Positions 1 through 10,200 of a stretch of DNA of 64,000 nt are shown here, piece after piece. The stretch is from an uncultured Planctomycetia bacterium. GTDB taxonomy: Bacteria > Omnitrophota > Gorgyraeia > B26-G9. The position numbers and the translations under genes are program-made. The notes under the pieces are model-generated. The model did not search any database. It saw only the letters and a list, made by a program, of their open reading frames with translations, and was not told the origin of the DNA. Each line of letters opens with the position of its first letter. The first letter of the stretch is position 1. The stretch is taken from assembly GCA_964437495.1 (NCBI GenBank), contig CAYTGV010000009.1:6983-70982 (forward strand). Direction: 5' to 3'.

Positions 1-782
1 AACCGCTTAATGTTGCTTTGATCGGCAGGCCGAATGTAGGAAAATCATCATTTTTGAATAAGCTTTTAAGAGAAGAGCGGGTTATTGTAAATAGTCAGCC
101 TGGAACTACCCGCGACAGTGTTGATACTGCCTTGGAATTTGAGGGGCAAAAGTATATTATGATCGATACTGCAGGAATTCGCAGAAAGAAAAAACAGCAG
201 GAGACGATTGATGTTTATTCGCGTTCAAGGACAATTTCGGCGATAAAACGCAGTGATGTATGTATAATGCTGGTTGACGCCATTGAAGGTATTAGGAGGG
301 ATGATCTGCATATTTTCAGCGTGATCAAAGAAGAAGAAAAGTGCTGTGTTATCGCAATAAATAAATGTGATCTGATTAAATTGGACCTTACAGAATGTAT
401 TATGGCGATAGACAGAAAGGCAGCTTTTATGAATTTTGCTCTTTGTGAGATAGTGTCTGCTAAAAACGGCAAAAATGTTCATAATACACTTAAGATGGTT
501 CAGCATGCATATGCTAATGGACAGAAAAAGATCAAAGTAAATAAATTGGCAAAAACACTTGATAGAATAGTTGAGCATTGTAAAAAACAGAGCTCTTTTG
601 CATCACTTAAACTTCAATTTTTGACCCAGCTTAAAACAATGCCTCCGGTTTTTGCTTTTGTGGTTAATCGCCCGGAATTGATAAAGGACTCTTTTATACG
701 CTTTCTTGAAAATAAGTTAAGGAATGAATATGATTTTAAGGGTACTCCAATAAAAATTTTGTTTAGAAAAAAGAAAAGGTAG
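1..782 (+). CDS. der: GTPase Der/EngA, C-terminal half (second GTP-binding domain + KH-like domain); 5' end lies outside the window
   Basis: Frame 3 is open from the window edge. P-loop VALIGRPNVGKSS, DTAGIRR (G3) and NKCD (G4) motifs, then a KH-like C-terminus typical of EngA. Confidence 0.8.
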   Translation, partial: PLNVALIGRPNVGKSSFLNKLLREERVIVNSQPGTTRDSVDTALEFEGQKYIMIDTAGIRRKKKQQETIDVYSRSRTISAIKRSDVCIMLVDAIEGIRRDDLHIFSVIKEEEKCCVIAINKCDLIKLDLTECIMAIDRKAAFMNFALCEIVSAKNGKNVHNTLKMVQHAYANGQKKIKVNKLAKTLDRIVEHCKKQSSFASLKLQFLTQLKTMPPVFAFVVNRPELIKDSFIRFLENKLRNEYDFKGTPIKILFRKKKR

Positions 783-788
783 TGATTC

Positions 789-1406
789 ATGAATATTTTT
801 TGGATAATCGTGGGATCGATTTTAAGTTATCTGCTAGGCGCCATACCCAGTGCCTATCTTATTACCAAACTTCTCTCGGGCAAGGATATTAGAAATATTG
901 GAAGCGGCAATGTCGGAGCGACTAATGCGCTTCGCATATTAGGAAAGCTGCCAGGATTCATCGTCTTATGTGTTGATATTCTCAAGGGGCTGGCTGCGGT
1001 AACGATTCTGGTGGCTTTTATTGCCATGAAAGTTAATATCTCTGTTGAACTGCTCAGGGCCTTATTTGGATTAATAGCTGTAACCGGGCATATATCCAAT
1101 GTATTTCTGAAATTCAAGGGAGGTAAGGGCGTGGCTACAAGCGTGGGTGTAATACTTGGAATTGCCCCCATGAGTTTACTGGGGGCAGCTATATGCTTTG
1201 TTATTATTGTCGCGGCTACAAAGTATGTGTCTTTAGGTTCAATAATCAGTTCTATTCTTATCCCGTTTTTTCTTTTATGGACTAAGGCGCATGCAAGCTA
1301 TGTAGTGCTTAGTGCCCTGTTGTGCATAATAATAGTTGCCAAACATAAAGCTAATATCAAGCGCCTGTTGTGCGGCAGAGAAAGAAAGGCCTTTGAAGAA
1401 AAATGA
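789..1406 (+). CDS. plsY: Glycerol-3-phosphate acyltransferase PlsY
   Basis: 205-aa polytopic membrane protein. N-terminus LLGAIPSAYL...GSGNVGATNALR is the PlsY signature. Conserved plsY-gpsA neighbourhood. Confidence 0.85.
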   Translation: MNIFWIIVGSILSYLLGAIPSAYLITKLLSGKDIRNIGSGNVGATNALRILGKLPGFIVLCVDILKGLAAVTILVAFIAMKVNISVELLRALFGLIAVTGHISNVFLKFKGGKGVATSVGVILGIAPMSLLGAAICFVIIVAATKYVSLGSIISSILIPFFLLWTKAHASYVVLSALLCIIIVAKHKANIKRLLCGRERKAFEEK

Positions 1407-2392
1407 AGATTGCGATAATCGGTGACGGTGGATGGGGAACTGCGCTTGCTGTTCTTTTGAATAATAATAAATATTCTGTAAATCTTTGGGGCGCTTTCCC
1501 GGATTATGTCCAGAAAGTGAAAAAAACTAGAAAAAATAATAAATTTCTCCCGGGGATACTGATCCCAGAATCTATTGTGATTACAGATGCCTTGGAGGAT
1601 GCATTGAAAGACGCAAGACTGATTATACTTGCGGTTCCTTCACAATATATGCGCGGGGTGTTAAAAAAAATCAAAAAGTATAATACTAGGTCTTCGATAT
1701 TTTTAAGTGTAGCTAAGGGGTTGGAATATAAAAGTAATATTATTATGTCCGAGGTTATTAAGCATGAAATCCAAACACAGGAGGTGGCTGTACTTTCCGG
1801 TCCGAATATAGCTTATGAAGTTGCCAGGGGTATTCCTTCAGCGGCTGTATGTGCCAGTTCTAGAAAAAATACCGCAAGCATAGTTCAGAATATTTTAATG
1901 AGCAATAGTTTTCGTGTTTATACAGCTAGTGATGTGCTGGGGGTGGAGCTTGCCGGTGCATTTAAAAATATAATTGCTATAGCCTGCGGCATATCTGACG
2001 GATTAGGTTTTGGAACTAATACCAAGTCAGCTTTGCTGACAAGAGGGCTAGCTGAAATCACACGTCTTGGCATAGCAATGGGCGCAAAGCATAAAACATT
2101 CAGTGGGCTTTCCGGCATGGGAGACCTGGTAACCACATGTATGAGCTCAAGAAGCCGAAATAGAAATTTAGGAGAACAACTCGGAAGTGGAAAACAGCTT
2201 GACCAGGTTTTAAAAAAAACCGAAATGGTTGTTGAGGGAATCATGGCTGCTAAAATCGCCTTAAAGCTAGCTAAGAAATATAAGGTTTATATGCCAATTA
2301 CTTATGAGGTTTGTAGCGTATTGTATAAGCATAAAAAGCCAAAGGCGGCAATGCAGTCTTTAATGCAAAGAGGAAAAAAAAACGAACTATAG
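1403..2392 (+). CDS. gpsA: NAD(P)H-dependent glycerol-3-phosphate dehydrogenase
   Basis: MKIAIIGDGGWGTALA Rossmann N-terminus. 329 aa. Overlaps the plsY stop by 4 nt (coupled). Confidence 0.9.
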   Translation: MKIAIIGDGGWGTALAVLLNNNKYSVNLWGAFPDYVQKVKKTRKNNKFLPGILIPESIVITDALEDALKDARLIILAVPSQYMRGVLKKIKKYNTRSSIFLSVAKGLEYKSNIIMSEVIKHEIQTQEVAVLSGPNIAYEVARGIPSAAVCASSRKNTASIVQNILMSNSFRVYTASDVLGVELAGAFKNIIAIACGISDGLGFGTNTKSALLTRGLAEITRLGIAMGAKHKTFSGLSGMGDLVTTCMSSRSRNRNLGEQLGSGKQLDQVLKKTEMVVEGIMAAKIALKLAKKYKVYMPITYEVCSVLYKHKKPKAAMQSLMQRGKKNEL

Positions 2393-2589
2393 CTTATTTA
2401 TAATCACAGCCTGTTTGATAACTGTTGTAGATAATGTAAGTTAAGTGGATAAATGCGAATATTGTCTTGAATTTCAGGGTGTTTTGTAGTAATCTATGAT
2501 TTATATATTTGTAAGTGAGAATAAAAGCCATTAAACTTTTATTCTGGCTGTAATAAAATCAATAAAAAGTAATCCTTTGTATTGTACTG

Positions 2590-2667
2590 CGGGGCGTGGC
2601 GCAGTTTGGCTAGCGCGCTTGAATGGGGTTCAAGAGGTCGGTGGTTCGAGTCCACTCGCCCCGACCA
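2590..2667 (+). tRNA. tRNA-Pro (anticodon GGG)
   Basis: Cloverleaf folded by hand. Acceptor CGGGGCG/CGCCCCG (7 bp), U8, D-stem GCGC/GCGC, anticodon stem CUUGA/UCAAG with loop AU-GGG-GU, T-stem GGUGG/CCACU with loop UUCGAGU, discriminator A, encoded CCA. Confidence 0.8.
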
Positions 2668-2721
2668 TTATTGCAAGAATTTAAGGCGGTTGCAAACCGG
2701 AAAGAAAATTTAAAAAACAAT

Positions 2722-3126
2722 ATGAGCGATTCTGAAAGAAGAAATTTCGTACGCATTAATGCTAACTTTGTTGTAAGTTATTATGTGTATCCTGGGCATG
2801 TTAACCGAACTGATATGACGCTTACGAGAAATGTCAGTGTGGGAGGAATTTGTTTTACAACTGATAAGCATTTTCCACCGGGTACAATTCTACATATTAC
2901 CTTAAGACTGCCGAAAGTAAAAAATTTGGTTGAAATCCTGGGAGAAGTTATGTATGTTAAGCAAGAGACAAATAAAAAACTTCTTTTCGATATTGGTGTT
3001 AAATTTGTGCAGTGTAAGGATGATGACCTGCATATAATTGATAAGATAATAAGTGTCTGCGCAAGTTCAGAGACTAAACTGGATATGATTTACAAAATTA
3101 AAAAAAATGAAGATAAAAAAAATTAA
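2722..3126 (+). CDS. PilZ-domain protein (c-di-GMP receptor)
   Basis: RRNFVRI (RxxxR) followed by NVSVGGICF (D/NxSxGG) PilZ motifs. The tracked ORF started at 2623 inside the tRNA, so I trimmed to the first ATG downstream (MSDSERRNF...). Confidence 0.6.
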   Translation: MSDSERRNFVRINANFVVSYYVYPGHVNRTDMTLTRNVSVGGICFTTDKHFPPGTILHITLRLPKVKNLVEILGEVMYVKQETNKKLLFDIGVKFVQCKDDDLHIIDKIISVCASSETKLDMIYKIKKNEDKKN

Positions 3127-4408
3127 TTTAGGACTTATTGGTTTTGGGACTATTGGTTCAGGTGTCATAAGCGTATTGCAGAAAAAATCTGCTTTACTTG
3201 AAAATAAGCTGGGAGTAAAAATCAGATTAAAAAGGGTTTGCGAAGTTAATCCCGTGCTTGTAAGAAAACTGAAATCAAAAAAAGTCGATATATGCAAAAA
3301 TGCGGATAAAATCATTGAAGATCCGGATATTGACATAGTCATAGAGCTTATGGGAGGAATTCATCCAGCAAAGGAATATATACTCAAAGCCCTGCGTAAT
3401 AAGAAATATGTAATAACCGCTAATAAAGCACTGCTTGCAGAAGAAGGTGAGGAGATATTCAAAACTGCTAAAGCCAATGGAGTTGATGTTTATTTTGAGG
3501 CAAGTGTTGGCGGAGGCATCCCCATAATTAGAAGCCTGAGAGAGGGACTGATTGCCAATAAGATTGAAAGCATTTATGGTATTATTAACGGAACTAGTAA
3601 TTATATTCTAAGCCGAATGTCAGAATGCGCAGTTGAATTTAAAAGCGCGCTTATTGAGGCGCAAAAAAAAGGCTATGCTGAAAAAAATCCCCATTTTGAT
3701 ATAAGCGGTATTGATTGTGCTCACAAAATTGCGATACTTGCTAGAATTTGTTTCAATCAGAGCGTTAATTTTAAGGATATTTATATCGAGGGCATAAATA
3801 ATATTGAATTAAGTGATCTTAATTATGCCGAAGACCTTGGTTTTTGCGTGAAATTACTGGCAATAGCTAAAAGGGTACCCCACGGATTACAAATCAGAGT
3901 GCATCCGTGTTTAGTGCCTAAAGGTCATTTGCTTGCTAATGTAAAAGGTGTCTATAATGCCGTGTTTATCAAAGCGGATTTAATCGGCAGGGCCCTGCTT
4001 CAGGGCGAGGGAGCCGGAGCATTACCTACGGCCAGCGCGGTGGTAGGAGATATAATTTCAATAGCACAGAAGATTCCGCAGAAAAACCAGATTGATTTCC
4101 TTAATATTAAAGACAGGAAGATAAGTGAAAAAATAATTTCTGTCGATGAGCTGTTAACCAGATATTATTTTCGTTTTACTGCTTTGGATAAACCGGAGGT
4201 TCTGTCTAAAATTTCAAGCATTCTAGGTAAATTTAAAATAAGTATCTATAGTGTTATTCAAAAAGGCAGGCAACAATCACAGGCTGTTCCAATTGTAATG
4301 ATGACACATGAGGCCAGGGAAAAGGATATTCAAAGTGCCCTGGCACAGATAAATAGATTACCTTTTATAAAGAAAAAGACAGTAGCTATACGGGTTGAAA
4401 GGATATAG
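3107..4408 (+). CDS. hom: Homoserine dehydrogenase with C-terminal ACT domain
   Basis: [16 protein letters not shown]-binding N-terminus. 433 aa. ACT-like C-terminal ~80 aa. Sits next to thrC. Confidence 0.85.
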   Translation: MKIKKINLGLIGFGTIGSGVISVLQKKSALLENKLGVKIRLKRVCEVNPVLVRKLKSKKVDICKNADKIIEDPDIDIVIELMGGIHPAKEYILKALRNKKYVITANKALLAEEGEEIFKTAKANGVDVYFEASVGGGIPIIRSLREGLIANKIESIYGIINGTSNYILSRMSECAVEFKSALIEAQKKGYAEKNPHFDISGIDCAHKIAILARICFNQSVNFKDIYIEGINNIELSDLNYAEDLGFCVKLLAIAKRVPHGLQIRVHPCLVPKGHLLANVKGVYNAVFIKADLIGRALLQGEGAGALPTASAVVGDIISIAQKIPQKNQIDFLNIKDRKISEKIISVDELLTRYYFRFTALDKPEVLSKISSILGKFKISIYSVIQKGRQQSQAVPIVMMTHEAREKDIQSALAQINRLPFIKKKTVAIRVERI

Positions 4409-4413
4409 ATATA

Positions 4414-5487
4414 ATGAACTCTAATTGGCAGGGATTGATAGAAAAATATAGAGAGTTTCTACCGGTAACAGAAATTACTCCTGTAATTACCTTGCTTGAA
4501 GGAAATACGCCTTTAATATATGCTAAAAAACTTAGTGCAATTGTCGGAACTGATATTTCCATATATATTAAATATGAAGGCCTGAATCCGACCGGTTCGT
4601 TTAAAGACCGCGGTATGACTATGGCGATAACAAAGGCTAAAGAAGTAGGTGCTCAAGCAGTAATGTGTGCATCTACTGGAAACACATCTGCATCTGCGGC
4701 AGCATATAGTGCCAAGGCTGATTTAAAGTGTATTGTTTTGATACCTAAAGGATCCATTGCTTTAGGCAAGCTGGCTCAGTCACTTATTCATGGTGCTCAT
4801 GTCCTGGCAGTTGATGGAAATTTTGATCAGGCACTTGAACTGGTCAGGGAAATCACAGATAGCTATCCTATTACACTGGTCAATTCGCTGAATCCTTTTA
4901 GAATCGAAGGGCAAAAAACTGCAGCTTTTGAGGTCTGTGACACACTAGGCAAGGCTCCGGATTTTTTGGCTATCCCGGTTGGCAATGCGGGAAATATTAC
5001 TGCTTACTGGAAGGGTTTTAATGAGTATTTTCAAAAGACCAAGATATCTTCTCTGCCTAAAATACTTGGCTTTCAGGCCGCAGGATCAGCTCCGATAGTA
5101 TATGGAAAAATAATTAAGGATCCAAAGACAATTGCTACGGCAATTAAGATCGGTAATCCGGCAAGCTGGAAAAAAGCGGAACAGGCTCGTGATGATTCTG
5201 GCGGTTTAATTGATATGGTTAGTGATGATGAGATTTTAAAGGCTTATTTACTTTTAGCTCAAACCGAAGGTATTTTTGTGGAGCCAGCTTCCGCGGCATC
5301 AGTAGCTGGGGTTTTAAAACTGGCGGATTCAGGTTATTTCAAGAATACAGGTCAGGTTACTCTGGTTTGTGTTGTAACAGGACATGGGTTAAAGGATCCT
5401 GATCGGGCGATAAAATGTGTCCAAGAGCCGCAGGTCATTGCCCCAACAATAGAGTCTGTACTGGAGAAAGCAGGAATAAATAAATGA
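4414..5487 (+). CDS. thrC: Threonine synthase
   Basis: PLP-lysine motif GSFKDRGMT. 357 aa. Fold-type II PLP enzyme signature [10 protein letters not shown]. Confidence 0.9.
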   Translation: MNSNWQGLIEKYREFLPVTEITPVITLLEGNTPLIYAKKLSAIVGTDISIYIKYEGLNPTGSFKDRGMTMAITKAKEVGAQAVMCASTGNTSASAAAYSAKADLKCIVLIPKGSIALGKLAQSLIHGAHVLAVDGNFDQALELVREITDSYPITLVNSLNPFRIEGQKTAAFEVCDTLGKAPDFLAIPVGNAGNITAYWKGFNEYFQKTKISSLPKILGFQAAGSAPIVYGKIIKDPKTIATAIKIGNPASWKKAEQARDDSGGLIDMVSDDEILKAYLLLAQTEGIFVEPASAASVAGVLKLADSGYFKNTGQVTLVCVVTGHGLKDPDRAIKCVQEPQVIAPTIESVLEKAGINK

Positions 5488-6698
5488 AAAAAGAAATAAA
5501 ATATATTGTAATTGTGCCGGATGGTATGGCTGACAATTCCTTGGCAGAATTCGGCGGCAAAACTCCTTTAGCAGTAGCCAGAACTCCGAACATGGATTTT
5601 ATGGCTGTGAACGGTAAAATCGGGTTATCTTCTTTTATTCCGCAGGGAATGACGCCGGGAAGTGATGTGGCTAATCTGGCTATTTTCGGTTATGATCCAA
5701 AAAAGTACTTTTCTGGAAGAGCGTCTTTTGAGGCCACAAATTTAGGCATAAAAATCAAGGAGGGTGAAATCGCTTTTCGCTGTAATTTCATTACAGAAGA
5801 AAACGATATTCTTATAGATTATAGTGCTGGGCATATTAAAACAAAAGAGGCGCATGTCTTGATCAAAGTTTTAAATAATAGGTTGGGAAATGATATTTTT
5901 AGATTCTATCCGGGAACAAGCTATAGGCATATATTGGTAATAAAGGATCCAAACCACGCTTATGAGGCGCTGAAATGTTTTCCACCGCATGATATTATGG
6001 GTAAAAGCGTAGCTGAGCACTTGCCGCATTTAAAAGCTGATGATAAATTGCTCATTCTGCTTAAGCAGGCAAAGGAGGTCCTGGATGAACATGAAGTTAA
6101 TATGGTACGCAGAGATTTAAGTGAAAATCCGGCAAATATGATCTGGCTATGGGGACAGGGAAAAAAACATGACCTTCCCTTTTTTAAAAAAAAATATGGG
6201 GCAGGCGGCAGTGTAATTTCTGCGGTTGATTTGATCAAGGGAATAGGAAAATCTATAGGGTTAATGCCGATTGATGTTCCGGGTGCAACCGGATATTATG
6301 ATACAGATTATGCTGCTAAGGCAAAATATGCCTTAATGAGCCTGGAGCGGGAAAATTTTGTTTTTATTCATGTTGAAGCAACTGACGAGGCTGGGCATAA
6401 TGGTGATGCTAGAGCTAAAATAATTGCGATTGAGAACATAGACAGATTGATCATTGGAAAAATCCTTGAAGAATATAAGGATAGAGACGATTTTCGGATC
6501 CTGGTATTGCCTGATCATCCTACACCGGTAGCATTAAAAACACATACAAGTGATCCTGTATGCTTTTTAATGTATGGACACGGAGTTGCGAAAGATGAAT
6601 TTTTATGGTATAATGAATTAGAGGCTGGGAAAAGCGATTTTAGGTTTAAAAATGGCTTTGAGCTTATGGATTGGTTTATGGGAAGGGATAGCTTTTAA
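5484..6698 (+). CDS. Cofactor-independent phosphoglycerate mutase, archaeal-type (ApgM family) homolog; by context a candidate non-orthologous homoserine kinase
   Basis: 404 aa. N-terminus [10 protein letters not shown] and C-terminal metal-binding region [12 protein letters not shown]...PDHPTP, typical of ApgM/metalloenzyme-superfamily mutases. Translationally coupled to thrC. Confidence 0.75.
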   Translation: MKKEIKYIVIVPDGMADNSLAEFGGKTPLAVARTPNMDFMAVNGKIGLSSFIPQGMTPGSDVANLAIFGYDPKKYFSGRASFEATNLGIKIKEGEIAFRCNFITEENDILIDYSAGHIKTKEAHVLIKVLNNRLGNDIFRFYPGTSYRHILVIKDPNHAYEALKCFPPHDIMGKSVAEHLPHLKADDKLLILLKQAKEVLDEHEVNMVRRDLSENPANMIWLWGQGKKHDLPFFKKKYGAGGSVISAVDLIKGIGKSIGLMPIDVPGATGYYDTDYAAKAKYALMSLERENFVFIHVEATDEAGHNGDARAKIIAIENIDRLIIGKILEEYKDRDDFRILVLPDHPTPVALKTHTSDPVCFLMYGHGVAKDEFLWYNELEAGKSDFRFKNGFELMDWFMGRDSF

Positions 6699-6826
6699 AA
6701 AATTATAAAAAATATTATACATATTATTTTCAAAATACGCATTCATTAGTCCCGTCCAATCCGCATAAAAAGTAGCAAGCCTAATTATTCACTTTCTAAC
6801 TCATTACGTTACAGTATATTAGAGAT

Positions 6827-6855
6827 TTGACTTAATTGATGTATTGTGATATACT
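6827..6855 (+). promoter_or_regulatory. Sigma70-like promoter (TTGACT-17 nt-TATACT) for the riboswitch-giant gene transcript
   Basis: Near-consensus -35 and -10 hexamers with a 17-nt spacer, read directly. About 80 nt upstream of the aptamer. Confidence 0.35.
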
Positions 6856-6929
6856 TAATGTAGCATTTTTAAAAGCATTTAATTAGTTTATAGTTATATC
6901 CGAAAATCCGTGAATAACGGAACTGCTAA

Positions 6930-7017
6930 ATTTAGCAGGGGCAACTCTAAGGGAAATCTTGGGGACGCAAAGCTACGGGTCTAAAGCATGTGCAAAGATC
7001 GCCGGGCGTACCGACAA
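6930..7017 (+). promoter_or_regulatory. c-di-GMP-I (GEMM) riboswitch aptamer
   Basis: CAGGGGCAACUCUAAGG-GAAA-UCUUGGGGACGCAAAGCUACGGGUCUAAAGC...GCCGGGCGUACCGAC. Nearly co-linear with V. cholerae Vc2 (CAGGGCAAACC...GAAA...GGGACGCAAAGCCUCCGGCCUAAACC...GCGGGGUUACCGAUGG). Its P2-like stem CUAAGG/UCUUGG is capped by a GNRA GAAA tetraloop. It is a GC-rich island inside an AT-rich 520-nt leader. Confidence 0.55.
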
Positions 7018-7097
7018 CGACTTTACACGCTATTGATAGCCGGGCTACCGAGATATAAGCAGTTCGGCTTTTATATTATAAGGAGGAAAGGAGGAAC

Positions 7098-7169
7098 ATG
7101 AGAAAACCTAAAAAAACATTGCACTTATTTATATTTTATACATTCTTAAAAGTTCAGTGTATGCGTTAG
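7098..7169 (+). CDS. Small leader ORF (23 aa, MRKPKKTLHLFIFYTFLKVQCMR) with a tandem Shine-Dalgarno
   Basis: AAGGAGGAAAGGAGG ends 4 nt before the ATG. Located between the riboswitch and the giant gene. Below the ORF-track size cut-off. Confidence 0.3.
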   Translation: MRKPKKTLHLFIFYTFLKVQCMR

Positions 7170-7219
7170 ATATCATTGTTTTATAACTATTTTATTTAAA
7201 TGTTTGAGAGGAGGCAGTT

Positions 7220-10200
7220 ATGTTTAATAGTATCCGCAGTTATACATATATTGTATTAGTAAGTTTTTTAGTAAACGCGTTGACTTTGGGCAATGCATTT
7301 GCATTGGATCTGGAGGCATGGCAAGACATGCTCATGTCTGATGAGGTCATCCAGGGTGTATTCGGAGGCGTAATCAGCTCTCAGAGTGAGTCTGGAGAAA
7401 TGGACACAGCAGTTGCTCCGGCACCTCGCGTGATCGAGCAGTCAAATGGCGATATAGCCATAAGGTTTAGTGATTCCGCACAAGCTAGTGTTTCCACAAC
7501 CACAGAAGGCCTTACAAAAGTAACATATTCAATGAGTGGCGCTAGAGTAAAAGTAAAGGATCTGGAAACTAATGAGGAATTTGAGTTTCAGTATGAGCTT
7601 GAGGGTTCTGTAGTTAAACTGGTTAACTCAAGCGGAGCGGTTGTGCGTCAGGAAACCTATAATAATTTTGGTCAGCTTTTGACAACTAAAGCGCAGGGCA
7701 CAAATACAAATGTGTATTCTTCCGATGGATTAAATACACTTGTTAAATCTATTGACCAGTGGGGCAATGAAACAATCTATGATGACGAGAGCCGTCCTGA
7801 TTTTGCGCAATATATAGAGGTTGACGGTACAGTAGTTGTTTTTAGAAATTATACCTTTGACAACATTGGAATACTTGAAAGCATCGTAGATGAAAACGGT
7901 AATAGCATTACTTTTCTGGCTGACGGAATAAGAGTTGATGAGATAAGAAACTTTGCCGGTACACTTACTAGTTCTTATCAATATGATGACGTCTCAGGTA
8001 ATCTTATAAGCGTTACAGATCATGTGTCTGATTCAATTACGATAGTTGATGGCGGTCAGTATACCCAGACTTATGATATTGTTCCGGTTTTAGATGATAA
8101 CAATAATCCAGTGCTTGATGCAGGCAATGAACCTGTGACAGAATTGGTTTTAAAGGGAACTTATAATTATGATGTAGCCGGGAATGTGTCTGCTATTACC
8201 AATATTGGTGAAGAGGGCTGTGTTACCGGATGGACAGATTATGATGAGTTCGGCCGAATATCCGGAACATATAACCATGAAGGTGCATTGGTACAATCTT
8301 ATATGTATAATGATCATGGTTTTTTACAGCAAACTATGAGCTTAGGCGATGCTCAGACTGTGGTGTCGGTTACGAAGTTTGACCTTAAAGGCCGTCCTAT
8401 GGAAGTTTGGCAGATCGGCAACGGGGGGAATAAAGTAAAAATTCAGGAATATGTCTATAAGGAAAATGGACTCCTTGATACTACTTTCTCATTAGGAATT
8501 CTTAGAGGTACGGATGAAACAAATGAGACAACTTTTAATAAGCCTATAGACACAAATGGAAACCTTGTCACAGACGGCAGATTTACTTACTTTACAACAT
8601 CAACGACTGAGTATGATAAAAAAGGTAGGCCATCGACAGTATATTCAATAGTGCGAAATGACAATGGGGATTATATCTCCGGCTATGATGATAACGGCGA
8701 TGTGATTACAACAGCTGATTCTACTCAGGCATTGCTTGAAAAACAGCAGTCTTACAGCTATGACAAAAGAGGATTTCTTTCTAAAACAACCAGCTATGGC
8801 TTTAACAACCGCGCGACTTCAACAACACAATTTGACCGCTATGGCAGACCTGAGAAGTCTTTTAATGCTCAAGGTGAGCAAACGCAGGAATATGTATATA
8901 ATCTTGATGGTTTTCTTGTCCAGACAAAAAATTTCGGCGAAAATGGTGTGCAAACTGGATATACTAATTACGATGCCAAGGGAAAACCAACAGACGTATA
9001 TAATCATCTAGACACTCTTACCCAAAAATACGTTTACGATGAAAACGGCTTAATGGTTATGAGTTTAAATCTTAACGGTACTGATGGTGTTAATTCTGAA
9101 ATAATATCAACAATGTCTGATGTAGAATTAATCGCAGCTATGTGGGATGATAGTTTTAGCGCTGAAGTATTAGCGGGTATCGGTGCTTATAATGAGATAG
9201 AGGGCGATGGTATCCCGGCATTAAATGAGGCATTAATGACTGCTATTTGGGATGAAAATAATGAACATACTACAGATTTCAAAAAGAAATGCGCAATGAT
9301 GCTTATAAAGACTTTTAGTGATGGCGCAAAGGGCGGCAATCAGTATTTAATTAATGATGTCGGCAGTGCTTATCATATGCTTGGCCAGTTTCTTGAAGAA
9401 GAAGGCAATAATGAAGGAGCAGTTGCGGCTTATAAGATTCAGGCATCTGAATTTACAGGCGCGATGGCTATAGCTGATGGTGTTAGCGTTTCTGTTACAG
9501 CCTGGTCAACAGACAGACTTGTAAATATGACAGATGCCAATGGGGATCCAGTAGCAGTAAATACTGCTGTTGTAACCGGATATACCATTTTTGGCGGAGA
9601 CTCAAAACCAATATCCTCTTATCAATGCTATGATGATGGGGTAAATGGTCTGCAGGTTACCAAGGTACAGGATTATGATTACTCCTATGAAGCAACAAAG
9701 AAAATTATCGTAGGTTATGATACAGATAATAAACCAATATATGAAAAAATAACCTTTACACAATTTTCTAACTTTGTTAGAAAAACTATTAATTACGGTG
9801 ATTATGAAGATACAAATGCAAATGGTACTGTAGGCGATGCCGGTGATGTTCAGGTAACAACAGGATTTACAGTATTTGATAACTACGGCAGACAGCTTGA
9901 AACCTATAATGAAGATGGCAATGTTGTTCAAAAATATTCTTATTCAAAGTCAGGATTTTTGAATTTTACTTACTCTTACGGTAAAGACAAGGCTCTTACC
10001 GGAACAACTGTTTTTGACAATTACTCTAGACCAATTGCCAGTTTTAATGCATACGGAAAAGCAACCAGGATACCGGCTGACCTTATCGCTGCATTAGCTG
10101 ACGGTCTTAGCATAGCAGATATTGAAAATCCGGAATGGCAGCCATTTTTAAAAGGACTGACTCAGACCTTTGAATACGGAACAGACGGCCTACTGGCAAC

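Noticed and set aside
2393-2589. Possible structured RNA or terminator between gpsA and the tRNA
   Set aside because: Only an AT-rich, weak ATAAAAG/CTTTTAT hairpin. No conserved motif recognised.
2623-2721. 5' part of the tracked 2623..3126 ORF (MGFKRSVVRVHSPRPLL...)
   Set aside because: It overlaps the tRNA-Pro gene (2590-2667) on the same strand. The PilZ CDS was trimmed to the ATG at 2722.
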